Assembly (NCBI GenBank): GCA_040954595.2
Contig: CM082579.2
Span: 3,337,227 to 3,401,226 of the forward strand
DNA length: 64,000 nt
DNA from: Balanoglossus misakiensis
Taxonomy: Eukaryota > Animalia > Hemichordata
Direction of reading: 5' to 3'
Shown: one piece after another, positions 27,490 to 40,058 of the stretch
Layout: each line of letters begins with the position of its first letter
Numbering within the stretch: position 1 is the stretch's first letter
Made by a program: the position numbers and the translations under genes
The notes under the pieces: model-generated
What the model saw: the letters and a program-made list of their open reading frames with translations, nothing else
Database searches by the model: none
What the model was told of the DNA's origin: nothing

Positions 27490-29460
27490 TCAAAGGTCTC
27501 GACCTTCAAATTGTATATTTCCATCTGTAAGATACTGGTCAAGGCACGCGTGGTGTCCCTCTGAGCTGCACTGAGTGAACTTGGATGTGTCGTATTCCGC
27601 CCAGCCACTACTTTTCCCAGTTACCCACCAGTGTTGCGCATGTCTGTAGATTTCTTTGCCGTAGCGATTTCGGGCGTGCAGTCCCGGGTTGCGACTGACC
27701 GCGACCCACTGGCCAGCGAAGAACACTTTGGTTGGCGCAAGCCCTTCCTGGATGAGAATCTCCGAATCCATCAGGTGCAGGCCGCTTGTTTCGACGGACC
27801 AGCCTCTGCCGGCGGATATCTGGATCTTCCCGCCGGCCTTTCTTCCGTCGACGCAACACCAGACCGAACCGACGCCCTTGTTGGTAAAACTGTAACCCCG
27901 TTTGGCGAATTCACTCTGCAGCTTGCCGAGAGCGGAGAAGTTGGCCGTGTGGAAAACGAGATCCGCGTCTCGTTCCCACGGCAACACTTTGCTGAACTTC
28001 ACGGCGCCCAGAAGCGTGCCTTCTGACAGCTCGCAAAGAAAGTTGTTTGTCTCGCAGGTAGTCATGAAAAAGTTCACCGCGTCGGCAAGGTTTTCAAGGC
28101 AGCAAGGGGCAACGGCATACCCATCTTTTTTCTGCCCACAGTTTACCTTCGCTTCTGCGCAAGTAAACGAGTGAGACACCCCACTGGCGAAATTGAGTTT
28201 GTTGATGTTCCACTTGGCAGCGAGTGGAAGAAACAAGGCCCGGTCTGAGTATTTGTGAGAGGTGTCTTCGACGTAAAACATGGCGTCGGGACAGCTAACT
28301 CGGCTTGAACGAACTCGGAGAAACAAGTCCTCAAAGACGGCACCGGTCGGCATTGACTTGTCAAACTTCACGGTCCGTAACGCATGGGTGTCTGCGAGAA
28401 ACGGGCCGGACAGGTAGCCACAATAAACGCACTCCTTCTTAGAGTGAAAGTAGCCTGCTCGATAGGTTACAGTCCAGTTTTTAAAGAGGGTCTGATGGCA
28501 CCCCATATTCCAGTGACCGTCGGGTGTGCGCCAGGCGCCGCCGACGTAACTGACATTGAGCGTTTCTGCGACCCGTATTAATCTCTCCAGCCGCGAGTCG
28601 TTTGTAAAATGCGTAAGGTGTCTGCCGATGAACGCATACTTTGTCGTCACTTTTTGCAGCAAAAAGTCCCAAATTCTGCCCTCCACTGCAAACTGTTCTC
28701 CTGAAAATACTGTAATCCTCAATTTTTGAAAATCCCCAGTGCTGAAGTTGGCGGCTGTGTCCAACGCAAGGTAGACGGCCATCTGCGGATAGCTGTTTTC
28801 GATTCCCCGTAGTACCCTGGAAACTGAATCAATCGGTGAATTTTGCCCGTAGAAATTAAGCAGAACCGTGGCTAAAGTGTGTATTGGTTTTGCATAGGAA
28901 CAATTCTCAGGCACGAATCCCGTGTTGAAAAACGGGTAGCCGTAGAGCGAGCCTTTGTAAACCTCGGGGCAGACATTCAAAGGTACGTGTTCTTTTTCCC
29001 CTTGGTCGAGGCCCGGTAGTTCAATGGCGACATCCGGGGATTCTTGCTTGATGAGGTTGAACAGATCCGCCATTTTCAACAGCGATCGCTGCAACCTCCT
29101 GTCTGTCCATCCATCCGTAGCGAGAAGCTTTGCCTCCTGAAGTTCCCTGCTGATGTTCCTCAGCGTCGACAAGATGACATCTGTCGTTCCGTTGCCCCGT
29201 TTGGCCTCTTTGTCGCCGGCCGGCGCCGGCAAAGGTGCGAGAGTCCGGACAAGTTCAGAGTTGATGTGTTTGGCGGGGTTCTTGGAAGGTGTCTGGCACA
29301 GCGGAGTTTTCGATGAACCCGGCAGCGTGAATAGACCTTGGAAGAACAGAAAGATGGCGAAAACTACGATGTACTCGAAGAGTTTCACAGAAATGGAAAT
29401 TTTTCGCCGCCCGACCATTTTGGGGTTATCCACCAGCAGTCTGTGAGAAATTCTCTTCAT
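27490..29460 (-). CDS. Fukutin-related protein-like / LicD-family phosphotransferase, type II membrane protein, single coding exon (656 aa)
   Basis: Uninterrupted 656-aa ORF with an N-terminal TM helix ([15 protein letters not shown]), a GT-A-like stem (KVTTKYAFI..., GPFLADT...LFL), a Cys cluster ([18 protein letters not shown]) and the LicD motif EGTLLGAVK...[10 protein letters not shown]. Confidence 0.85.
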
Positions 29461-32400
29461 ACAGTCACACGGTTCTCTCTAAAACTGTCGAATAAGAAAG
29501 ACAAACATAAATAGAATATATCTACTATATTATAGTTTATATATAGCTGTCGTTGTTTCTAAAAAGGCTTTCAATACAAATGGTGGTCTAATATTATTAA
29601 TAGAAAGGATGTCAATTCAATTCAATTCTATTCAAAATATCTCGTCATCACTAATCTCGATCTACAGTAAATCTAATGATTTCAGATGTGTTTGATGAAC
29701 TTAGACATCTCTGTACATAACGGCGTTTAATTATACCGGTACTAACAGTTTCTTTACCCTCATCTGAGCCTTGGCGATGCTATCCGTAGGATTGGAAATC
29801 GTCGGATGTGATCGATTGGCAGGTAATTCGAGCTGTCCGAGAACATTTTCACAAATCGCCCAGTTCCATTTCATTCGTTACTAAGGGATACACGCGATAA
29901 TCAACTGGTTATGATCTCGTCACACTCAAGTCGTTTTACGATAATTAACTATGACTAATGCGCCCCTCATAGAAATTACAACTTCATAATCATTATTTCT
30001 TATTTTATTCCCCGGGGGTATTAAAACGTGCGGGGTCAAGGGTGCACCTACGTAGAAACAGATAAAGACCGTGGACGACGATCCTGCTGGTGATGGGAAT
30101 GTTTTGAATACACGAAGGAATTAACGATCCCCAGCCCACACGGGTTGCCTTTGGCTTGCTGCGTTTCACGCGTTGCTTGAGTGATTTAGGTTTTTATGTC
30201 AAATGTATACATGTACACCACATTCCGCTGTGCAACTTATGGTGGCGCTCTTTTTTTCGGGTGTGCCACCCACTGAAAATCTGTGATTGGTTAGATCCTA
30301 ATTTGCCATGGTAACTGTAGCTAAATTTGCATAGGTTACTGTATACCTTAATGTCCCTTGTAGTCATTCCCTCTCTCGTCTCGCTTCACTGCACTCTAAA
30401 AATAACGGCGTTCTGTTGCGAGCAGTCCGCGCCGACGACTGCCAGTCACGGTACAAGATGAGAGAGCCTGAGAGAAAATCTTTCTTTGTCGAAGACCCCG
30501 GGCCCCCAAACCATCCTGCTATAGAAAGCGATAAGCCTATTGCCGATGATTGCTGTGAAAATGGACCCGCAAGCCATTTGCCGCTTTATTGCCTTTGGTT
30601 TTTTATCCATCAACCGATAAAATCTTATCTTCTGCATGCTTGAAATCAATAATTGCATCCACTCTATTACCATATTGTCAGTGTGCGTAGACGATCAACG
30701 AAGAGAATAGAAATTTTGAAATATTAAACGATGACCTTTTATCAAAATGGCTTTCGATTCCAAATAATGCACATATCTTTATAAAAACGTCGAGATCGCA
30801 GGGAAAGTCACGTGAGAATTTAAATAATGGGCTGGTGATGAAAGCAATTTAATCCTTCAAAATTGATGGAGGCATGTCGTTCAGAAATTACTGAGGTGTG
30901 AATACAAACCCCCACACACGCTGTCTAATTAACGACTTATTTGATCTCAATCTATCAATAAATCTACTAATTACCTAATGGCTATTTAAAACGTGGAAAT
31001 TATTCCGGTGATAGTAATTGAAAGTGTCAAAGTTATGTTATCCAATTCACAAACTCGATTTATAAATTGGGATACCATAATACATGTATCTACCTCGACA
31101 ACAATACTAGTAGATACAAACCGATGAAGCTGCGGGGTGGGGGGGGGGAGTCTTTGCCCTTTTTACATCGGCAGTACACCCGAGGCAGCCAAAATCGCGA
31201 CGTGTTTTCAGGAATGTACGCACGACAGCTGTGCTATGTCCAATATTAGATAGTCATAGCAATCACAATGATTCTCTTTTAACCGCAAAGATATAGTATT
31301 TGACTAAAATTTATGTTTCTGTTGCTGGCTGGCTGGCCGGTGTTGGGTCATCACGACGCTGCGACCCCCAGCAGAGGGGTTGGGTCACCGAGACCAAACA
31401 ATCAGGCGAGACTGCCAATGGCAATGGTAACGAGGGCAGATCAAATGACAACTTGTTAGCCACAAGAACGTGCAGATCACACCGATTTTCACATTAGCAT
31501 AACAATAACGACCTGGCGCAATACCTTCAACCTCAAAACTACAGAATACAGATTTGATTCATTCAAGCGACTGACGCACGTTGATATAACTTGGTGGGCA
31601 AAATGCGAACAACGCGTGTCTAATTCGTATTCATTGTCAAGTTTCATGATCGTGAAATACAACCCGGTCCTGTAAAACCGGTCTGGCGCAAGCCATCGCG
31701 GAACGAAAAAACAACAACAACATGAAGGCCAAATGCCTATGAATAGGCAACTTTCACTACCCCTGTCATGACATTTACAGTCTGTCCAATAGGAAAAAAA
31801 TAAAGATCTTCTGTTACAAATTGATGAATCTCTTATATATTAAACGTTGAATGATGTAGGATAACATACCAACTCACCAAGGACACGTAATGCTTGTATA
31901 AAACACCGCACTATAGGTCACCTGGGGGTCATTCATGAAAGTGATGGCCTTTCAGACACCTGGATATATGACACCAGTACATGTATATGACGCTGTGCAC
32001 GTATAGCTTGAATGTTCAGAAGCGGGCGCCTCCTAGGGAAACAACAACTGAAGCAGTGTAGGACTATCGCACGAATAGCTTTCTAAGACCGTATCTATTT
32101 AACAACTATTTAACAACTGCTATTCGCGCTACCTGATATTGGTGCACTACCAGAATTGCAAAAAGTGGACAAAAATATAACTCCGGTTAAAAAGACAAGA
32201 GAACAGCGTACATAGACGCCAAACTCATTTTTCATTAGCTTGCCAACGTCACCGACTACGTAATCAGGTATGTGAGATAGCTCACAAATGGGATCCCACT
32301 TATTATTACTTTAAGCTTACCTAATATTGGTATTTGACGCTTCCTTCCCCGATGAATTTAGCAGTGAAATCTGCATAATCAGGTTAACGCGAAATGCGAG

Positions 32401-33693
32401 AGCGAGAACCTCAGTCCATAATATTATAAGAGTATATTGACTCAGCGTATACCTAATCCCCATATGGTTTAACTCATGTATGCATCCATCCAGAAGATGT
32501 AACATGTAAATAGCATAGTAATGCCTACATCATATCAAATTACGCCAAATATACATTTAAACATGTGTATGATGTCAACTCGTCGGTCAATTGAATGTTA
32601 TACGCTATTAAACATTAACGTTTAGTCCCGGAAATTAGTCTGATTAGCTAGACTTCGAACCGGTGCATTTTTATTTTTCAGAAATTATTTATTTCTTCAT
32701 ATTATATTATATTTATAACAGTATAAGGTTACCCAGCGTATACCTAATACCCCTGTGAGAGTGGCGCTACACACTAATTATTTAAGCCATCGGGCGATGA
32801 TAAAAATCGAGAACAAATATTTCGAAGGTACCCTTTACACAAGGGTTATAGGCACGCCGGAGCGCCCGCACACGACTGAATCCCAAATACGGGAAAAACG
32901 TGGACAATGAATTGTGCATATTCACTTTGGAAACTTCACAGGGACAAAATTATAAATTCACTCGTCCGTTGTGTCGCAAAAACGCCATTCAGTAGAATTC
33001 AACGCGTAACTGAGAAAAGTGGAACATAATTTGATGTCGACAGCGTCATTTGTTGCGACCTTATAATTCGTTGTGTGTTTTTGTTTCTAATTCACGTGGA
33101 GAAACCAACGGAGATCGAACCATCGTGCAATATGGAGGAGCTGCTTTCCCTTCCCACAATTCCCACTGAAAATATTTACGTTAAATTCAGGCCAGGAGGC
33201 CATCACCTGATGTCCGCGGGTCAAAAAATCAACAACCTCGGACTATCACGTGGTCGCCATATTTCATTCTAGAGTGGGACCCCGAGATTATAATAAACCC
33301 CTACTTTGAATTGGAGTGATACGGGGGTACATTTGATCCTTAGAACCAAGTAACACTGTGACGGCCAGTCACCTTTTAAAGTATGTTGTCATTTCATTTT
33401 TGACCAATGACGAGACGATGGCGAGCAGTATTAATTGAACAAAGATTGATTTCGCGGGGGGTATGCACTTGCCTGTTGTCAACAGGCGCAACAGTATAGG
33501 GGTGCATCCCCCGATTAGGAAAACAATGTACTTTTTAGGGCAACTCTTCTGACCGCACGTGTGACCCTCACACGGAGTCAAAGTAAACGAGGGTTAGTCG
33601 TTCCGGAAGCCCATTTGTGATTGTATCACACTATCGTCCGTGAAAGAAAAACACAATCTGTCAGCAAGAATACAATTGACAGCGAGGACCAAC

Positions 33694-36600
33694 ATGAATA
33701 CTCTAGCCGCCTTTCTGCTCATCCTGTCGTTCGTCTGTGTGCTGTTGACCGTCAGCGGCAATTCCATCAGACGCAGTAAGTATCAACATCTTTTCACTGG
33801 CGCATACAAACGCCCCCTGCACCGTTTTCCTCTATCATGACTATACACCTCGGCGATGTTCACTCGCTTATCGGGTGCGATCACTGAAGCACTGGCACGC
33901 AGCTGGTGGTGGTGGTGGTGGTGGTGATGGTGGTGTCATGCGCCACCTGTAAGGTGGAGGAGAATGTTCTTGGCAACTTTTCGGGTGCAGTACCATTAAA
34001 ACAACAGCGTTGGTTTTAGGCGCAAACATTTCAGATCTCCACGAGAGCTACTGTGCACACTTGCGCAGTGTTTTAATAGCAGACAATTGGAATGTGTCGA
34101 TTGCAATAAGAGTATAGACACAGAAGGCATCAAACATCATAGGGTTAAAAAAAAACTGCCAAAACAAATCTCGTGAGCATCAGTGGGAGAATGGTGTTGC
34201 GTGGATGGCGTTGCTTTTAATTAGTCGTTCCACACTGGAGGGAATTTGGTCATTCGAGAGAAAAAAATCCAGTCAAGTTATAAACTCAGTTTTGAGCTTA
34301 CCCACAAAGATTGCTACCGAGAGATCTTAGCGAACGGGAAACATATTTGTGGCTTTCGGCGTGGTCTTTTTCACCATGCCAACCTCTCCGTTATAAACAG
34401 GGTTCAACCCCATTTTTGACAATCGATACAGTCGCTATACATGATCGTGATCACCGAGGCAATTTACACTTGAAAAGTCCCGTGCCAAACAAAGTCGACG
34501 TTCTCAACAAAGACCATCGATCGTGTGACGTAAAGTAAAGGAATTGAGCCCGAGGAATGCATTCTTCAGTGCTTTTTCTCGTTGTGCTCGAAGTTTCGTT
34601 ATTGTACTATATTACGTAACGGGATAGTAAGGTGGTTCAGTGGACGGCTATAATCAAGGATGGAAAAATGGCATATTGCAGTCGAGAAGTATACGTTCCG
34701 TACAGTGAATTGGATGACCCAACACAGAACAAAACACACATATACACACACTGGCATTTTGAGAAAAACAGTATACATACATGTACATTTTATATCATTC
34801 AAAGTACCCAAGATTAAAGTCTTATTGACATGCTTTGTGGAGAAAGTTCATGTGACTACCTTTCGCTGTTGTGCTTGATGTATGTTCTTCATTTTTATAT
34901 TTCTATATTGCCATTTGCTGACAATTTTCCTGACTGTTGCACTGCGTCTAAACTGTGTGATACACCCAGACTGCCCTTAACTAGGGACAAGGTTACCATG
35001 GAAATCTGGCTATCTTCGGTTAACAGTGATAACAGCATGATAAGACATTGCTGGATGGTCCATCTCTAGTTGTAGATCATAGTAGTTTAACTTGTTCTAT
35101 TTAGTATTTCTACCGGACTGCCATCCACTGCTGCAAAATTCAAATTGAAATATGACTACATGATGTATATCACGAAATTCTCGAAATAGTGTATGAGATG
35201 GAAAATATATCCCCGACATCATTTTTCAGCCAATGCTTGTTGAAATTTGACCATGACAATGACCGATCGGTATCAGGTTCTGGATAAAGCTTGACGATAT
35301 GGGTCCAAAACACTTCCAGTCAAGGCCATGTTTTCCCCCAGACCAAGAGAACACTGATAAGAAAAGCTAACGGTTTTCGTCAAAACTGTCTAAACCGGAA
35401 GGAAATATGCAAAACTGGTCATCTTTAAAAACAGCATTGAACTTGGTCGCGTCATAACAAAAACAGTGAGGTGTCCTCTCACCTGGGTCATGGGGAAATT
35501 GATAAGCAGAGCAAATAATTGAGTTAAAACCAGTATAATTCGGTGTGGGGGAACGCAAAAACTTTCAACAACTTTCTTTACGTGTATATCGCGACACAAG
35601 ACGCAGTATTTGTTTGTGCGCGTGGATGGTGTGACCCCGGGGTATGACCTGACTGGGTCGATCCTCGCAATCTGCATACAATCGTGGAAATTGGCCAATG
35701 ATCTTCGTCTGCCCTATCCGGTCAACATGAGTGTCGTTGACGTATAGACTTTATTAAGTCGCGTGGTGCGATCATACGATGATGAGACGGTCTTTACCCG
35801 TGATTGCCCGGAATTTGTAACACAATTTCTAAAAATAAATAATCGAACGGCCCTGTTTGAACTTTGTTTCGGTCGAAAACACCGCTTTAAGTTTGAGGGC
35901 ATGAAACTTTTAATTAAATGATTGATTGCCCATTCATCAATGCCGGTGTCCTCTGCGTTCAATTTTGTTGATTTGCATACATTACAAACATGTTTTCACA
36001 AATTCACTCTTACACGCGATACGTACGCCAAAAAACTTCAACGGTATTTTCCTTCAGTCAGCAAAGTTTGTTGACCCAAGTCCAAATGCTGTATATGGGT
36101 TAAATGTGTCTGAAGTAAATAAATCGTCACTCGTGGCGTTAGATTGTTGTCATGGCATTGTAGATTTGAGAAAATGGCGTGATTTAGTTGACATTTAAAG
36201 TGTCAAAATGTCTCGCCCAGCTCTTGTTGCCCATACATATACATGTACAAAGACAGTTGTACATGTTATACAGAGTAGAAAAAGTAGTCCCTTTCGTTTC
36301 GTATATTTTTCGAGTTGCCTACTACCATAACACGTTGCCTCGTTTGTTTTGCAGACCCCGGACTGTCTGCAGACGAACTAGAAGCACTGAACCGACAGAG
36401 GAGGGACCTGGCAAACTACATTTACCCGGGCACAAAATGGTGCGGTAAGGGCGACGCCGCCGAGGGCGAAGATGACCTGGGCGAGTTCGTCGAGACAGAC
36501 AAGTGTTGTCGTGAGCACGACCACTGTCAGAAGTACATACTGGCGTTCAAAACTGACTACGACACGTTCAACCCGTTCCCGTACACCATCAGCGACTGTG

Positions 36601-36818
36601 ACTGCGATGAAGCGTTCTTCCAGTGCCTCAAAGCCGCCAACACGATGGTCTCGGCCGATCTCGGCAAGCTGTACTTCAACGAGCTGCGGGTGCCGTGCCT
36701 CGACTTCGACGAAGTAGACGATGTCTGCATCAAGAAGAACTTCTTCGGATGGGGATGCAGCCAGTATGGAAGGGGAACGAAGGCTAATTTTGACAACAGT
36801 TTCGATGGACAATTCTAG
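33694..36818 (+). CDS. Short group III (bee-venom-type) secretory phospholipase A2 precursor; exons 33694-33775 and 36355-36818, 181 aa
   Basis: Exon 1 encodes the signal peptide MNTLAAFLLILSFVCVLLTVSG and ends in a phase-1 GTAAGT donor. Exon 2 begins at a phase-1 TTTTGCAG acceptor. It contains the Ca-loop IYPGTKWCGKG, the catalytic motif DKCCREHDHC, and CDCDEAFFQCL and LYFN motifs. Confidence 0.9.
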
Positions 36819-36844
36819 TCAATAGTACACGTGACACCCACCTC

Positions 36845-36960
36845 AACACACACACACGCACGCACGCACACACGCAAACAGACACACACCCACACCTACA
36901 CACACATGCACACAACTACCAACATTCTACAATACACATACGAACACACATACACAACAC
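36845..36960. repeat. Imperfect (CA)n microsatellite downstream of PLA2
   Basis: CA/CACG-rich low-complexity tract. Confidence 0.85.
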
Positions 36961-37716
36961 TTCTTACTAACACCTAAAATATTAACCTTTTAAAGTATAT
37001 TTGACAAATGACTGAAGTCATTGTTAAAAGTGGAAAAATTACAGCACCTCCGTAAATGTGTCAATTAAAAAAATAAATTGTGAATGTGTATATAATAAAT
37101 GTTATATGAAAACTTAAATTTGTCATGGATTTTGATTTAAAGGGATTTTTTTGTATGCCGCTGTTCTGATATGACTTTGTATTTTATTCCCGCTTTTAAA
37201 AGTTCTGCGCGATACCTGATTACTAAACCCCGACTAGACGCCGTATTGACATAACCTTGCTAACAATCATTGCTTTCCTTTATTAGTTTACAGAACAGAT
37301 TGATATCAAAAACATACAGATGGACAATCTAATTTATAGCTTATTCACAATGCAATATCACGCACCATTAATCTATGGGATTTTGCCAATTTCATTGGTA
37401 CTAGACTGGGTCAAAATGTAAAGACTGAACGAAATGCCAAATTGACTGAAATTGCAGGATGAATTCATCATTTTCATGGCGATTTTCTTGCACTGTGCTG
37501 TCACCTTGGGGCTTGTGCCGTAGCGATGTCTCTGTCTTTCTGTGATATCGGTATCTTAAGAATGACTTGTCCGATCCGAAACCACGACAGATCACTATCT
37601 CACAAGGTTGTGGTTGTAGGCCATACCGTGTCATCATGTATCTACTGTGCAGAGAGCAGAGCAGAGAGAGAGAGAGATGATCGCTACCACTGAGGGCGCA
37701 TTACAACGCGAACAAG

Positions 37717-39077
37717 ATGGCGGCTCCCATACTTTGGTGGTATTGGGTTGTTACAACGGTCGGTTTTGTGGTCGCATTTTACATGTATTACTACATTCCG
37801 ATTCCTAAACAATTGAAGGAGTTTCTTATGTATGGCAAAGTACGAAGCAAAGGCAAGGTGAACGCATTTGGACGTTACATGGACGTGCCCAAAAGGTAGG
37901 TCGTGATCTTGCATGGGCATGATTCAGCTGGACGTCGCGTCGACCTCTGACCCGGCGAAAGTCTAGATGACCCAAAGCTGACCCAGTGCTTTTATTTTCG
38001 TATTTACTGTAAATCTCATTGCATTGCATTTTCAGCTGGTTCAAGCACTTCTATATTACATCTGTCATCTGGAATGGATTCATATTCTACACAGTGGTGC
38101 GTGCGTATTTCATGGACCAAAACCCACCGAACTGGTTCACCAATCTATTGAGTAGTGTCAGTCCTTATCCAGTTTCAAAACCAACAGGTATGTCGTGTTA
38201 CTGAGTGTAAGTGTTCATGATGCTGGAAGCACCCAATTCTCGCATGCTTTGAACCTATGGTATCGTATTTTCTGTTTTTCAGTTTCTCATACGACAGTGT
38301 TAATAGCTCAGTTCATGATGGTATTCCAAGGAACGCGAAGAACTTTGGAATGCCAGTTTGTCAGCAAGACTTCCGGCACCTCCAAGATGAACTTCATCCA
38401 TTATCTTCTGGGAATGACATTTTATCCGGCACTTGGCCCGACCATTCTGTCCCAGGGACCAGATCTTTCTGGGAAAGGTACGACTGCGACATGCTTAATC
38501 ACTTCCAACACTTTGCTTTCCGCAACAAAAATGTATAACATCTATTACTTGGAAAACGGAATTGACAATTATCAATATTGTGATTACAGCCCCATACAAG
38601 AATCTGGCGGATGTAGTCAACTACATTGAGTGGTATCACATACTGGGCGTGGTTCTCTTTCTCTGGGGGTCTTTGCATCAGTACAGGGTGAATGTCATCT
38701 TTGCAAATCTCAGGAAGAAAGATGAAGGTAAGTGGGTGTTTTTAGATTAAAAATTAAAAAAAAAATTCTTCAATAAATAGTAAGTTCTTTCAACACAGAC
38801 AACGTTTTACACTTCTTTGATTTCAGACAAGAATGCCCACAAGATTCCCTACGGCGACTGGTTCGAGTATGTCTCCAACCCACACTACCTGGCCGAAATC
38901 ATCATCTACATCTCGGTGGGTGTGGTGCTGGGCTTTCAAAACCCCATGTGGTGGTGGGTGCTGGCCTTTGTCATCAGTAACCAGGTGGGCGCCGGGTCTG
39001 CCTACCACACCTGGTACAAGGAGAAATTTGAGAATTATCCTGCAAACAGGAAAATCATCATTCCATGGATTTATTGA
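37717..39077 (+). CDS. SRD5A3: Polyprenol/polyprenal reductase (steroid 5-alpha-reductase 3); exons ~37717-37895, 38036-38187, 38283-38477, 38590-38727, 38827-39077
   Basis: Motifs YGK, VPK(S)WFKHFY, QGTRRTLEC, MNFIHYLLG, LANLRK-like FANLRK, HKIPYGDWFEYVSNPHYLAEIIIY and HTWYKEKFENYPANRKIIIPW. All introns are GT-AG and in frame. Confidence 0.92.
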
Positions 39078-40058
39078 ACTTTGATCTTGCATCTGGCAAC
39101 CGTATATTTTCAGTGAGATGGCTAATTGTGTGTATGGTGATTTTACGATTTTAACACTTAAAATTTTCTATGGAAAATGTGTTCATGTACTTTGATTGGC
39201 ATTTTGATATGTTTTGATACCTTTGCACAAGCAATGCACTGATGCCAATGGTATACGACACTGCAGTATTTATTTTTGCAGCCCTGAGGAGTACTGATAT
39301 TGGAAATAGCAAACATTTACCTAGGGAGTCCTAAATTATGTCTTCATGCACCGACCTGGGAGGTCCTAAGAATGCAAACAAACAAACAAACACCTTGGTA
39401 CAGTGCTTAAGCATAAACATATTGTGCTAACAAACAAATAAATCACACACTGCATCTGTGACTGTACTTTTTTGTAGTCTGATTAAAGATATTATAATCA
39501 GTAATTGCATGTGGTATTGTCATTTCTTTTAATTGTGGAATTTTTAAACCTCCTCTGTAAGTATACCTAAAATCCACCATGCTTCTTTTAATTTTTGAAA
39601 CACAAGGCCATGAACTCAGTAGATAATGGGAAAAAACTGCTGAGTCAGCATTTTTACACGAATGGTTACACATATATTGAGTGATATTCATACAAGACTT
39701 GTGACTTTTTATCATAGCTACATGTACATATACTCACTAAAACCTACTACATTTAAAGTACAATTCATAGCACAAATTTCAGGGGCGTGGACAAACACAG
39801 CTGCTGATATCAAAACCACCAGTGGTGGGTACAATGCTCTCCGAAAAATATTCCGTCAATAGAAAATCACTTCTTCCACACTCCTCTTTTGTCAGCTGCT
39901 ACAGAACCTATACCACCAATAAAAATGCATACATCCTTGCATTCCTTAGTTTCCGAACCACACGTTCTGTGAATGCAAGGTACGGTATTGCTCTTCAAAA
40001 AATGTTCAGTACTGTGGGGTTTTTTTTAATGCAGCAAACAACAGGTGTCTATGGTGTG

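Noticed and set aside
29800-33600. Short ORFs in the FKRP-like to PLA2 intergenic region
   Set aside because: No homology-like motifs, consistent exon chain, transposase or RNA-gene structure recognised. A 15-bp direct repeat (CAGCGTATACCTAAT at ~32443 and ~32734) is too short to interpret.
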